From Candidatus Hodarchaeota archaeon (GTDB taxonomy: Archaea; Asgardarchaeota; Heimdallarchaeia; Hodarchaeales; Hodarchaeaceae), in NCBI GenBank assembly GCA_016839785.1, contig JAEOTQ010000177.1, positions 46,132-110,131 on the forward strand: 64,000 nt of DNA, written 5' to 3'. Under the pieces are notes generated by a model. The model ran no database searches, was not told the DNA's origin, and was given only the letters and a program-made list of their open reading frames with translations. The position numbers and the translations under genes were made by a program. Every line of letters begins with the position of its first letter. The stretch's first letter is position 1. This document shows, in pieces, positions 38,752-48,811 of this stretch.

Positions 38752-39132
38752 TCAGAATATACTTAATCCACCAAAAATAATTAAACATAATGCTGCAACC
38801 GAAACAACACGGAACCAGATATTTTTGGACTCATCAAAGCAGACAGCAGCAAAAGATAACCCTGAGCATAGCCTGACAATTGCCCAGAGAAGCGCGTTAA
38901 TCAAAGCAAAAAGTGGTCCTATTCCCTTAATGTAGATAAGATTTTTTGCCCCCACTACACCTGATCCAAGAATGTACGCATCTGCACCAGTTAGTACTCC
39001 AAAATTGTCATAAACGGGAACCACCCCAAACAATAGGGTAAGAAAGTATGCTATGACTGCTATCATTAATAAGACTGTACTCATCCTAGTAATTCGATTT
39101 GAAACTTTAGTTAATTGTTCTTCTGCACTCAT
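38752..39132 (-). CDS. Hypothetical small membrane protein (about 3 TM)
   Basis: Hydrophobic ORF with GAGGT upstream of the ATG and T8 downstream (38711-38718). Confidence 0.65.
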   Translation of the reverse strand: MSAEEQLTKVSNRITRMSTVLLMIAVIAYFLTLLFGVVPVYDNFGVLTGADAYILGSGVVGAKNLIYIKGIGPLFALINALLWAIVRLCSGLSFAAVCFDESKNIWFRVVSVAALCLIIFGGLSIF

Positions 39133-39291
39133 ATTTAGTACCTCAAAGGTTTTTTACAATTTTCATACGAAAATTGAATAAAGTAGCTGAGAAAGTACGA
39201 ATTAATAAATATTTACCAAGAGATTTAAGAAACTACAAACTACACATAGGAAAGTACCTGATTAATGTGATGAAGAAGAAAAAAGAGAAGA

Positions 39292-41280
39292 TTATGGATG
39301 AAATTTTTCTCTGAGCTTCTCTCGCTCTTCAGGACTCATCTTCTCAAACCGCTCTTTCATACTCTTACGATCTTCCACACTCATATTAGCGTGCATAGAC
39401 ATCATTGAACCCCCAGATTCAGCCATAATTGGTGAAGAAACGGGAGTAGCTAAAACATCAGGGGCTTTCCGAACATCCTTTAATTCCTCCACACCTTGAT
39501 GACTATAATATGTATAGTACAACTCAGAATACACACCATCTTTTACTAATAATTCCTCATGTGAACCTAGTTCTACGAGTAACCCTTTTTCAAATACTGC
39601 AATACGATCGACATCCCGAATCGTGGTTAAACGATGAGCAATGACAAAAGTCGTACGTCCTTCGAAAAGAGCTTGTTGTGCAAGCTGAACGAGACTTTCT
39701 GAGTATGCATCCAATCTAGACGTTGCTTCATCAAGTACAAGAATCTTAGGATTGGCTAACATTGTCCTAGCGATGGTAATCATTTGTCTCTGTCCACTAC
39801 TTAACCCCTTACCACTTTCTTGTAGCATTGTGTTATAACCATCAGGGAGGGCATCTATAAAATCATCTGCCCCGATGAGTTTACACAATTCATAAATTTC
39901 ATTATCAGAAACTTCTGTATTCCCGTATCGAATGTTTTCTAAAACAGTATCAGCAAAGAGATATGGTTCTTGAGGTATTAGGCCGATTGACCGTTGTAAG
40001 CTTTCAAGAGTTACATCTTTTAGATTCTGATTACCAATATAAATCTCTCCACTTGTGGGATCATAGAAACGAGTAATGAGTGCAGCAAGTGTAGTTTTGC
40101 CTGCTCCAGTATGTCCTACAATCGCAATTTTTTCGCCTTGATTTACGGTAAATGAGACATCTTGAAGTACTGGAGTACCCTTCACATACTCGTAGGTGAC
40201 ATTATCGAATTTCAGGCTAGTATCGTCCAAAGAAATCTCCTTCGCATCAACTTTGGTTGTAACATGTGGCACTTGTTCTAGGACATCAGTCACTCGATCC
40301 ATTGCAGCCAAACTGGATTGTAATTGAGGATAAAACATCGACATATGGAGTATGGGACTTAGAAATCGCTGAACCAATACAGTTCCAAGATAAATCTGTC
40401 CGAAACTTATTGCACTTGCGGGTAACCAACCACCTACAATAAGAGTTAACGAAACAAGGATTATCGAAACCACGGAGACAGCAGGGAACAAAAAATTGAA
40501 AAGTGCACCTAGTTGTTTGAAATAATTGTAAGTCCGCATATTCAAATCATACAGAACAGAAGACGACCATTCCTCTCTGTTAAATGATTTTGCAATTGAA
40601 ACACCTGCTAAACTTTCAGCCATTTGGCCAGAAACTTCTCCATAACTTTTTCTCGTCTTATACATAATTCTTCGTCCATAACCACCCAAGAACATCGCAA
40701 GAAAGAATGCAAATGGTATTGCTAGTAATGCTATTCCCGCAATAATCCAGCTCGTCATAAGAAGCAAAACAAAGGTCCCAACTGTAAGTAAGAGTTGGGA
40801 ACTTGCTTGGGTGAATACTGTTAATCCTGTAGCTAATTCATCTGTATCACTAGTCACTCGACTGGTTACATTTCCAGATTGCTCCTTTTTGTGATAAGAC
40901 ATATCAGCTTTGACTAAATGACTGAAAACATCTTTTCTCACATCATGTAACATATTAGCTTTGACTCTCGCCAAGATATATGTATTAACTGCATTAGTAA
41001 ACCATACAAAAAGTGAAATCCCCAGAAAAACATAAAATAATATAGTTAGGAATTCTACATTTGGTGAAGCATTTTCAACAGCAGCGTCGAGTCCTGAACT
41101 TATAATCAACGGCGATATGATTTGACCAAGGGTTGAAACTAGAATTAACAATCCTGAAAAAAGAACCCAAAATTTAAATTTGCCTAAATACCCCCAAAGT
41201 CTGCCTAATAGCTGTTTTGTAGGACGAGTCTTCTTAGCTGACTCCATCATAAATCTACCAGGTCCGCGACCGTGCCCCAT
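39292..41280 (-). CDS. Heterodimeric ABC exporter subunit (TMD+NBD), catalytically competent Walker B/H-loop
   Basis: GHTGAGKT, LSSGQRQ, VLDEATS, IAHRL. Confidence 0.93.
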   Translation of the reverse strand: MGHGRGPGRFMMESAKKTRPTKQLLGRLWGYLGKFKFWVLFSGLLILVSTLGQIISPLIISSGLDAAVENASPNVEFLTILFYVFLGISLFVWFTNAVNTYILARVKANMLHDVRKDVFSHLVKADMSYHKKEQSGNVTSRVTSDTDELATGLTVFTQASSQLLLTVGTFVLLLMTSWIIAGIALLAIPFAFFLAMFLGGYGRRIMYKTRKSYGEVSGQMAESLAGVSIAKSFNREEWSSSVLYDLNMRTYNYFKQLGALFNFLFPAVSVVSIILVSLTLIVGGWLPASAISFGQIYLGTVLVQRFLSPILHMSMFYPQLQSSLAAMDRVTDVLEQVPHVTTKVDAKEISLDDTSLKFDNVTYEYVKGTPVLQDVSFTVNQGEKIAIVGHTGAGKTTLAALITRFYDPTSGEIYIGNQNLKDVTLESLQRSIGLIPQEPYLFADTVLENIRYGNTEVSDNEIYELCKLIGADDFIDALPDGYNTMLQESGKGLSSGQRQMITIARTMLANPKILVLDEATSRLDAYSESLVQLAQQALFEGRTTFVIAHRLTTIRDVDRIAVFEKGLLVELGSHEELLVKDGVYSELYYTYYSHQGVEELKDVRKAPDVLATPVSSPIMAESGGSMMSMHANMSVEDRKSMKERFEKMSPEEREKLREKFHP

Positions 41281-41281
41281 C

Positions 41282-43084
41282 TTATTTCCCTCCTACGATC
41301 TCTGGCAGTGCCTTGAAGATCGTCTTATACTGTTCTGAAATTTCAAGCAGCTGTTCATGGGTTCCAGTAGCCGCTATCTCTCCTTTATCAAATAGAATGA
41401 TGAAATCGGATTCTAATAACGTACGTAATCGTTGAGTGACTACGATGGATGTACGGTTCTCCATGAGCTTATCTAGTGCTCTTCGAAGTAAAAGTTCAGT
41501 TTTAGAATCGATAGCAGATACAGAATCATCAAGTAATAATACTTTAGGATCTGCTAGAATTGCTCTTGCAATCGCAATCCTTTGCCTCTGACCTCCTGAA
41601 AGCTTTGACCCACGTTCGCCTATTTTCGTATCAAACTGTTCAGGTAGTTTATTAATGAAAACCTCTGCTTGAGCGTTTTTCGCTGCATCGTAAATTTCTA
41701 CATCTGTTGCATTGTCTTTAGCAAAAGCAATATTCTCCTTCACAGAGGCAGAAAAGAGGAAAACTTCTTGTTCAACCATAGTTACTCCTCTCCTGATTTC
41801 TTTAGCTGGAATATCGGTCATAGGAACACCTCCAAAGGTAATTGTTCCAGAAGAGGGATCATATAATCTTAAAAGCAGTTTTAGGAAAGTAGATTTTCCT
41901 GATCCCGGACCACCTATAACAGCCACGCGTGATCCTTTTGGAATCGTAATGGAGATATTTTTCAGAGCATATTTCGAATTCTGTCCATATTGAAAATCAA
42001 TGTGGTCAAAAACAACATCGCCATTCCAGTTGGGAAGAACTCCTTCCTGAGCAAGGTCGGGTACTGGATCTTGCCACGTCATTTTTTTCCAAATTCTATC
42101 TGCATTGGTTTTTCCTGCCCTGACGTTCAGAATCGACATAGGTAACATGAAATTCATAAACTGAAGTGACAACAAGATTGAAACTGAAGCTATAAATTGG
42201 TTTAATGTGTCAGGATTGTTAGCGAGATTTATTAAACCTAATCCAAAAATAATAGCCGTTATTGCAACAAGTACAAGAGCTGGCCAAAAAAATGCCGATA
42301 AACGCCCTTCTTTGGTAACAATGTCGGCATAATTATCACTCCCTGCCACAAAACGTACATTTTCACGATCTTCTTGATTGAAACTTCGGACTACTTCGAT
42401 TCCACGAAATATTTCCTGAGTATCACGAGTGACAACTGCTAAGCGTTGGGCGAGTTCTTCACGGATTGGGCCAATTACTGCTGCATATCTAACCACCATG
42501 ATAAGATAAATAGGAAATCCAATAGCTAGAATTAAGAAATAGGTAAAATTAAAACTCAGAAAAAATATCATGGTAAAAATTAAACTTAACAGTGAAGCAG
42601 ACATCATTCGCATCGAGGGATTAACTCCCATTCTCATTTGTGAGATTTCATTCATTGCCATTGATAATAAACTACTGCTATCAATCGAATCATGAAAACC
42701 CATACTGTGGTTCTGAATAGTATCGAAGAATTCTTGACGTGCATCTCGTTCAAAACGGAAAGCTGCGAGGGTCCACGCATAATTAGTGATGAAGGTGAAA
42801 AAAAAGTTCAAAATTGCCGTGCCAATAATAGAAAGGCAGATAAGTATAAAACCTGTACTAAATCCTTCATTTTTCAATACATCGAATGCTACTCCAAGTA
42901 AAATACTAGGTGCTAGTGTTAATAGTGTACTGATTAAAGAAACCCCGAGACTAAGAATAACTAATCCAGGACTTCTCCAAAAAAAGCTCAAATACCAATG
43001 AGTGGCCGAACGATACTTATTAGTGGGAAGTTGTGCCTCCTCAGGTCTCTGATACTCCATTGATGACGGTTGTGTAACATGCAT
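41282..43084 (-). CDS. Heterodimeric ABC exporter subunit (TMD+NBD), degenerate site
   Basis: GGPGSGKS, LSGGQRQ, LLDDSVS (E to D), VTQR (H to Q), as in TM287-type subunits. Confidence 0.93.
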   Translation of the reverse strand: MHVTQPSSMEYQRPEEAQLPTNKYRSATHWYLSFFWRSPGLVILSLGVSLISTLLTLAPSILLGVAFDVLKNEGFSTGFILICLSIIGTAILNFFFTFITNYAWTLAAFRFERDARQEFFDTIQNHSMGFHDSIDSSSLLSMAMNEISQMRMGVNPSMRMMSASLLSLIFTMIFFLSFNFTYFLILAIGFPIYLIMVVRYAAVIGPIREELAQRLAVVTRDTQEIFRGIEVVRSFNQEDRENVRFVAGSDNYADIVTKEGRLSAFFWPALVLVAITAIIFGLGLINLANNPDTLNQFIASVSILLSLQFMNFMLPMSILNVRAGKTNADRIWKKMTWQDPVPDLAQEGVLPNWNGDVVFDHIDFQYGQNSKYALKNISITIPKGSRVAVIGGPGSGKSTFLKLLLRLYDPSSGTITFGGVPMTDIPAKEIRRGVTMVEQEVFLFSASVKENIAFAKDNATDVEIYDAAKNAQAEVFINKLPEQFDTKIGERGSKLSGGQRQRIAIARAILADPKVLLLDDSVSAIDSKTELLLRRALDKLMENRTSIVVTQRLRTLLESDFIILFDKGEIAATGTHEQLLEISEQYKTIFKALPEIVGGK

Positions 43085-43132
43085 AATAAATCGATCTCAT
43101 AGACAATGTTTTATTGATAAGTTTGGAGCAAC

Positions 43133-43156
43133 AGGAAACCTATATATAGGTTTCCT
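43133..43156. promoter_or_regulatory. Perfect 24-bp palindrome, likely PadR operator
   Basis: AGGAAACCTATATATAGGTTTCCT in the 85-bp gap between the divergent ABC exporter and PadR genes. Confidence 0.7.
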
Positions 43157-43169
43157 TCATATATCTTAA

Positions 43170-43772
43170 TTGAAGGTTCTAGTATTGTCAACTCCCGTAC
43201 AACAAGAAGAGGATGCACAGCTATTAGTAGACACGTGGATACATCGGTACAGACGAGGTAGCCTTCGATTCTTTATTTTACATCTTCTTTTACATAAACA
43301 CACCGATCTTAAAGCTGAAAGTCAGTCATTTCACGGCTATAAACTTGCCAAGGCAATTCAAGAAGAAACACATGGTGAATGGAGTCCAAAAACTGCTTCA
43401 ATATATCCTATATTAAAAGAACTTGTTAAAGAAGAAGTTATTGAGCATACCAGTGAACGAGAAACAGTTTCTGATGAGAGTTCCAGAAGCATTAAGCAAT
43501 ACTGCTTAACTCCTTTTGGAATGGTTGTAGCAAAAAAACTTGAAGAAAATAGAAAAAATATGGCTAAGCATTTCATTTCGAGACATGGAGATGCACCACG
43601 TCCTCTCCCTCCTATGTTCCGTCTTCCGAAAAAAGAACTATTAGCAATTTTAAAAGAATCAGATGTAGTCCATCTTGAAGATTTTCGACAACACTTGATT
43701 AAGATGCAAAAACATAATCATGAACTTCTTAATATTATTGACAATCTCCTCAAGGAGAAGAAAACTGAGTAA
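43170..43772 (+). CDS. PadR-family transcriptional regulator
   Basis: RGSLRFFILHLL...HGYKLAKAIQE...WSPKTASIYPILKEL...YCLTPFG. Confidence 0.9.
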   Translation: MKVLVLSTPVQQEEDAQLLVDTWIHRYRRGSLRFFILHLLLHKHTDLKAESQSFHGYKLAKAIQEETHGEWSPKTASIYPILKELVKEEVIEHTSERETVSDESSRSIKQYCLTPFGMVVAKKLEENRKNMAKHFISRHGDAPRPLPPMFRLPKKELLAILKESDVVHLEDFRQHLIKMQKHNHELLNIIDNLLKEKKTE

Positions 43773-43783
43773 ACTTACAAATT

Positions 43784-43981
43784 TTAATTGAAAATAATAT
43801 ATACAATGAAAACCGCTATCATAGCGGCTACTATGTCTCTTACTCGGTTCTTGACGAATTGTTTTCTTCTATTGCTTTTAATATCAGAATTTTGGAAGAT
43901 CTTGCTGACTTTTTTTTGTTCTAGGTCAACTTCGTACATTTTTCGCAGCATATCTTCGGATCCTGACACTTTCAAATTCAA
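43784..43981 (-). CDS. Small tail-anchored membrane protein
   Basis: Charged N-terminal part, basic juxtamembrane segment, single C-terminal TM; GAGGT at the 5' end. Confidence 0.45.
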   Translation of the reverse strand: MNLKVSGSEDMLRKMYEVDLEQKKVSKIFQNSDIKSNRRKQFVKNRVRDIVAAMIAVFIVYIIFN

Positions 43982-44062
43982 CCTCTACGATGTAAATAAT
44001 TCTAACTCCTAATCCTATTAAATTTTGTGCTCAATAATTATTGTGATAGGCTTTTAACTTAC

Positions 44063-44815
44063 TTACCTGCTGGCTAGACCACCAGCGAGTTCTCCTCCAT
44101 CTATTACAAACGTTTGTCCTGTCAGGTATTTTGCGTCATCTGAAGCCAAAAATGCAAATAATCCTGCGACCTCTTCTGGTTTTCCAAGTCTGCCGAGAGG
44201 GACTTTACTTTCACATTCACGAAGCATTTCGGGTGTGTATTCTGTTTCTTGCATAGGTGTGAGAATATAACCAGGACACACAGCATTTACTCTTATAGCT
44301 GGAGCTAATTCCAGAGCTAAAGATTTTGTCAGCTCTATCACTCCTGCTTTTGATGCATTGTACGAAGCATAAAATGGATATCCCGCAATTCCATTAGTTG
44401 AACCCATATTCAGGAGTACTCCACCTGAATCTGCTAACATCATTTTTGCTGCAGCTTGCGCAACTAAAAACACACCGGTCAGATTAACACTGAGAACTTC
44501 CTCCCATTGGGAGAGGGAAATATCCAAAAAGGGATTTCTAATACTGATTCCGGCATTATTAACTAAAACATCAAGGCCTCCCATTAAATTTTTCACTTTA
44601 TCGAAAGCAGAATTGATATCAGAAAGGTTCACTACATCTGTCTTTATTATTCCCACAATATCAGGAAAATTTTCTTTTATTTTGCTTAAAGCACTCTCAT
44701 CACGATCCAAAATGGTAACTAAGGAGCCTTCAGATATAAATCGTGAAACTGTTGCTGCTCCTATTCCACTGGCTCCTCCTGTTATAACAACTCGTTTATT
44801 TTTCAAACCTTTCAT
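44063..44815 (-). CDS. Classical SDR oxidoreductase
   Basis: TGGASGIG, NNAG, YNASK, VNAVCPG, IDGG. Confidence 0.95.
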   Translation of the reverse strand: MKGLKNKRVVITGGASGIGAATVSRFISEGSLVTILDRDESALSKIKENFPDIVGIIKTDVVNLSDINSAFDKVKNLMGGLDVLVNNAGISIRNPFLDISLSQWEEVLSVNLTGVFLVAQAAAKMMLADSGGVLLNMGSTNGIAGYPFYASYNASKAGVIELTKSLALELAPAIRVNAVCPGYILTPMQETEYTPEMLRECESKVPLGRLGKPEEVAGLFAFLASDDAKYLTGQTFVIDGGELAGGLASR

Positions 44816-45002
44816 TAATAATCCCTTAAAGATGAAAATTGAATAAACTGTGAATAATGCATTCTTAAAGAAATTATAAGTCTTGAGACTCGGAAGGTGT
44901 CATCGATATTTCTGAGAAAACGAAATAAATGTAAATTATTTATTTTTCTGAATTATAATAACTGTATCTTGATCTAGGAACAGATCTTTTGGGGATCATC
45001 AT

Positions 45003-45797
45003 ATGAATAATCAAAAAATTAAATCTTCTACTTTTCTTTCTTTAGAAACCAGAGTTGCCGTAATTACTGGGGGAGCTGCTGGTATTGGGCTTTCAACAGC
45101 GAAATTATTGGCAAAAATGGGGGCTACTATTGCATTATTGGATGTTAATGAAAGTCGTGGGCATGAGGCAATAAAAGAAATTAGAAAAATAGGAGTACAA
45201 GCTAAATTCTATCTTTGTGATGTAACGAAAGATACACAATGCCAAAAAACTGTAGCTGCTATTGTCAACGATTTTGAAAGAATAGACATTTTGTTTAATA
45301 ATGCTGGAGTCATTGTGAGGAAAAATGCAGTAGAATTACAGGAAGATGAGTGGGATTTAGTTATCAATGTTAATTTAAAAGCAATATTTTTACTTTCACG
45401 CCACGTACTTCCTATTATGATCAAACAGGGTAATGGAGGAAGTATTGTAAATACAGGGTCAGGTTGGGGACTTAAAGGGGGGCCGAACGCTGTAGCTTAC
45501 TGTGCTGCTAAGGGTGGAGTTGTGAATATGACCAGAGCGATGGCCATTGATCATGGAAAACATGAAATTAGGGTAAATTGTATTTGTCCTGGTGATACTG
45601 ATACAGAGCTCTTGAGAGGTGAAGCAGTTCAATTAAATCAAGACATGAAAGAATTCATGGAAGAAGCGGCGGAACGTCCACTAAAAAGAGTTGGTAGACC
45701 TCTAGATATTGCACACACTGTTCTATATCTTGTTAGCGATCTTTCAAGTTGGATAACTGGAACTACAATTGTTGTTGATGGTGGAGGAATAGCATAA
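45003..45797 (+). CDS. Classical SDR oxidoreductase
   Basis: TGGAAGIG, NNAG, YCAAK, VNCICPG, VDGG. Confidence 0.95.
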   Translation: MNNQKIKSSTFLSLETRVAVITGGAAGIGLSTAKLLAKMGATIALLDVNESRGHEAIKEIRKIGVQAKFYLCDVTKDTQCQKTVAAIVNDFERIDILFNNAGVIVRKNAVELQEDEWDLVINVNLKAIFLLSRHVLPIMIKQGNGGSIVNTGSGWGLKGGPNAVAYCAAKGGVVNMTRAMAIDHGKHEIRVNCICPGDTDTELLRGEAVQLNQDMKEFMEEAAERPLKRVGRPLDIAHTVLYLVSDLSSWITGTTIVVDGGGIA

Positions 45798-45832
45798 ATT
45801 CTGATTGATAAATTTAGAATGGAGACACACAA

Positions 45833-47230
45833 ATGAATACCAAAAAAAATCTTGTTCATCCATATATACCAAACTCTGCACCAGAAATTAAAGAAAAAAT
45901 GATGCGAGAAATTGGGATTGATGATATTGAGGAACTTTATAACGATATTCCAGATTTTTTACGATTTAAGGGAAGAATGAATCTTCCTGACCCTTTACTA
46001 TCGGAAATTGATCTTAAAAGTCATGCAGAAAGAATATTATCAAAAAATACAACATGTCAAGAATCCATCAGTTTCCTAGGAGGAGGATGTTGGCAACATT
46101 ATGTCCCTGCAATCTGTGATGAAATCAATCAGCGTTCAGAGTTTTTAACTGCTTATGCAGGGGAACCTTACGAAGATCATGGACGATTTCATGCCTTGTT
46201 TGAGTATGCAAGTATGATGGGAGAATTATTGGAGATGGATGTAGTCAATGTTCCAACTTATGATTGGGGACAAGCAGCAAGTACAGCAATTATGATGGCT
46301 ACGAGAATTGCAGATCGTACGGAGATCCTCGTTTCCGAGAGTATTTCCCCTGATAGATTATTAATAATTCAGAATTACTGCAATCCAACACTAAAAATTA
46401 AAACTTTGAAAACTGATTATGAAACTGGAAAAATAGATCTTGTAGATCTAGAGGATACCATTTCGAATAAGACTGCAGGAGTATATTTTGAAAATCCTTC
46501 CTATTTTGGCTGTATAGAAGATCAGGGGACAAAAATTTCAACAATCATCCACGATAATGATGCATTATGTATTGTGGGTGCTGATCCAGTATCACTAGGA
46601 GTATTGACTCCTCCAAGTAGTTATGGCGCAGATATTGTTTGTGGAGATATCCAAGGGTTAGGTATTCATATGCAGTATGGTGGAGGACATGCAGGGTTTA
46701 TAGCTACACATGATGAAGAAAAATTCGTCATGGAGTATCCATCCCGATTATTTGGAGTTATTCCGACTATTGTTAAGGGAGAATATGGATTTGGTGATGT
46801 AACATATGACAGGACTTCTTTTAGTAAAAGAGAAAAAGGAAAAGAATTTATTGGTACTGCAGCAGCTCTATGGGGAATCACTGCAGGAGTATATTTAGCA
46901 TTACTAGGTCCCCGAGGTATGCAAGACTTAGGGAAGTTAATTTTACAGAAATCTCAATACGCTATGGAGAAAATATCCACTATTGACAAGATTGACATCA
47001 TTTTCGAGAAAACCCCTCACTTCAAAGAATTTGTTGTAGATTTTAATAAAACCCAGAAAAAAGTCTCAGAAATAAATGAACTCCTGGTTAAGAGGAAAAT
47101 TTTTGGTGGAAAAGATTTATCTAAAGAATTTCCTAATCTCAGAGAAAGCGCGTTATTCTGTGTAACAGAGATTCATAAAAAAGATGATATTGACAAATTA
47201 GTACTAGGATTAGAGGGGATTATTCGTTAA
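45833..47230 (+). CDS. gcvPA: Glycine cleavage P-protein subunit 1 family (divergent paralogue)
   Basis: HPYIPNS, SFLGGG...HYVPA, RSEFLTAY, YFENPSYFG, YGADIVCG. Confidence 0.88.
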   Translation: MNTKKNLVHPYIPNSAPEIKEKMMREIGIDDIEELYNDIPDFLRFKGRMNLPDPLLSEIDLKSHAERILSKNTTCQESISFLGGGCWQHYVPAICDEINQRSEFLTAYAGEPYEDHGRFHALFEYASMMGELLEMDVVNVPTYDWGQAASTAIMMATRIADRTEILVSESISPDRLLIIQNYCNPTLKIKTLKTDYETGKIDLVDLEDTISNKTAGVYFENPSYFGCIEDQGTKISTIIHDNDALCIVGADPVSLGVLTPPSSYGADIVCGDIQGLGIHMQYGGGHAGFIATHDEEKFVMEYPSRLFGVIPTIVKGEYGFGDVTYDRTSFSKREKGKEFIGTAAALWGITAGVYLALLGPRGMQDLGKLILQKSQYAMEKISTIDKIDIIFEKTPHFKEFVVDFNKTQKKVSEINELLVKRKIFGGKDLSKEFPNLRESALFCVTEIHKKDDIDKLVLGLEGIIR

Positions 47231-47245
47231 AGGAAGTGTTGTCGA

Positions 47246-48811
47246 ATGTCACCAGTTAAAAAAATTAAAGTACGAAATTTTCATCAAGCAAAGTGGGATG
47301 AACCCATAATCTTTGAATTAGGAACAAAAGGAGAACGAGGAATTCTTTTACCTGAAATTGAGGGTGAAATTGAAGCAGCAGTAGGAGATGGCCTTTCAAA
47401 AATACCCAAGCATATGATCAGAAAACAACCTCCTCGTCTTCCTGAAATTTCCCAAATGCAAATCTTGAAGCACTATCTTAGATTATCTCAGGAGACTCTC
47501 GGGGCTGATTTGAATGTTGACATCGGGCAAGGAACTTGTACAATGAAATATAGCCCTAAAATTAATGAAATATTAGCTACATCACCAAAATTAACAGCCT
47601 TACACCCCTCACAACCAATCAGCACAGTTCAAGGAATATTAGAAATTTTTCATAAGACGGATTTATTTCTAAGAGAAATTTCTGGATTGGATCAATTTAC
47701 ATTGCAACCAGCAAGTGGTAGTCAAGCAATATTGACGATGAGCTCTATAATTAAAGCTTATCATGAGGATAATGGCGAAAATAAACAACGTGATGAAATT
47801 ATAACAACAATTTTTTCCCATCCGTCAGATGCGGCAGCTCCAGCCGTACAGGGGTACAAGATCATTGATATCTACCCTAATCAAGAGGGATTACCTGATC
47901 TAGAGGCGTTAAAGGAAGCAATTTCGGATCGAACGGCTGGATTGTTCATAACCAATCCTGAAGATACAGGTATCTATAATCCAAAGATTAAAGAATTTAC
48001 CAGGATGATTCACGAAGTTGGAGGATTATGTGGTTATGATCAAGCTAATGCCAATGGAATACTAGGGATAGCTAGGGCAAAAGAAGCAGATTTTGATATG
48101 TGCTTTTTCAATCTTCACAAAACCTTTTCTTCTCCTCATGGATGTGGTGGGCCGTCAGCGGGAGCACTTGGAGTGAAAAAGGAACTTATAAAGTTTTTAC
48201 CAATACCATTGGTGGGTTACAACGGATCAGAATATTATCTTGATTATGATGTTTCTCATACAATAGGAAAAGTAAGGTCATACTATGGAGTCGTCTCAGC
48301 TGTTTTAAAAGCCTATTTATGGATTATCAGCCTAGGGAAAGAAGGATTAGAAGAGGTATCCAGAATCGCTGTTCTTAACAACAATTATTTATTAAAAAAA
48401 GTCCTAGAAATTTCTGGTACCAGTGCCCCCTATGCTGAAGGTCATCACAGGATCGAACAGGTTCGGTATAGCTGGAGTAAATTAACAGAGGAAACGGGGA
48501 TTACAACGGAAGATATAACCAATCGTATGATAGACTTCGGTTTTCATATGTGGTCGAGCCATCATCCCTTTATCGTACCACAACCATTTACCCTTGAACC
48601 TACTGAATCGTATTCTAAAGCAGAAATCGATGAATATATTGCAGGACTAGCAAAAGTCGCAAAGGAAGCATATACAAATCCAGAAATAGTCAAAAATGCC
48701 CCACATCGAAGTGTTGTTCACAAACTTATAACAAACTCCTTAGATGATCCAGATAAATGGGCTATCACGTGGAGAGCCTATTTAAAGAAATGGAAGAATG
48801 ATAGAATATAA
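47246..48811 (+). CDS. gcvPB: Glycine cleavage P-protein subunit 2 family (divergent paralogue)
   Basis: GTCTMKYSP, ITNP, NLHKTFSSPHGCGGP (PLP Lys), EPTESYSK, NAPH. Confidence 0.88.
   Translation: MSPVKKIKVRNFHQAKWDEPIIFELGTKGERGILLPEIEGEIEAAVGDGLSKIPKHMIRKQPPRLPEISQMQILKHYLRLSQETLGADLNVDIGQGTCTMKYSPKINEILATSPKLTALHPSQPISTVQGILEIFHKTDLFLREISGLDQFTLQPASGSQAILTMSSIIKAYHEDNGENKQRDEIITTIFSHPSDAAAPAVQGYKIIDIYPNQEGLPDLEALKEAISDRTAGLFITNPEDTGIYNPKIKEFTRMIHEVGGLCGYDQANANGILGIARAKEADFDMCFFNLHKTFSSPHGCGGPSAGALGVKKELIKFLPIPLVGYNGSEYYLDYDVSHTIGKVRSYYGVVSAVLKAYLWIISLGKEGLEEVSRIAVLNNNYLLKKVLEISGTSAPYAEGHHRIEQVRYSWSKLTEETGITTEDITNRMIDFGFHMWSSHHPFIVPQPFTLEPTESYSKAEIDEYIAGLAKVAKEAYTNPEIVKNAPHRSVVHKLITNSLDDPDKWAITWRAYLKKWKNDRI

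Noticed and set aside
39292-43084. Degenerate catalytic motifs in the ABC exporter.
   Set aside because: Normal asymmetry of TM287/288-type heterodimers; neither novel nor a sign of pseudogenisation.
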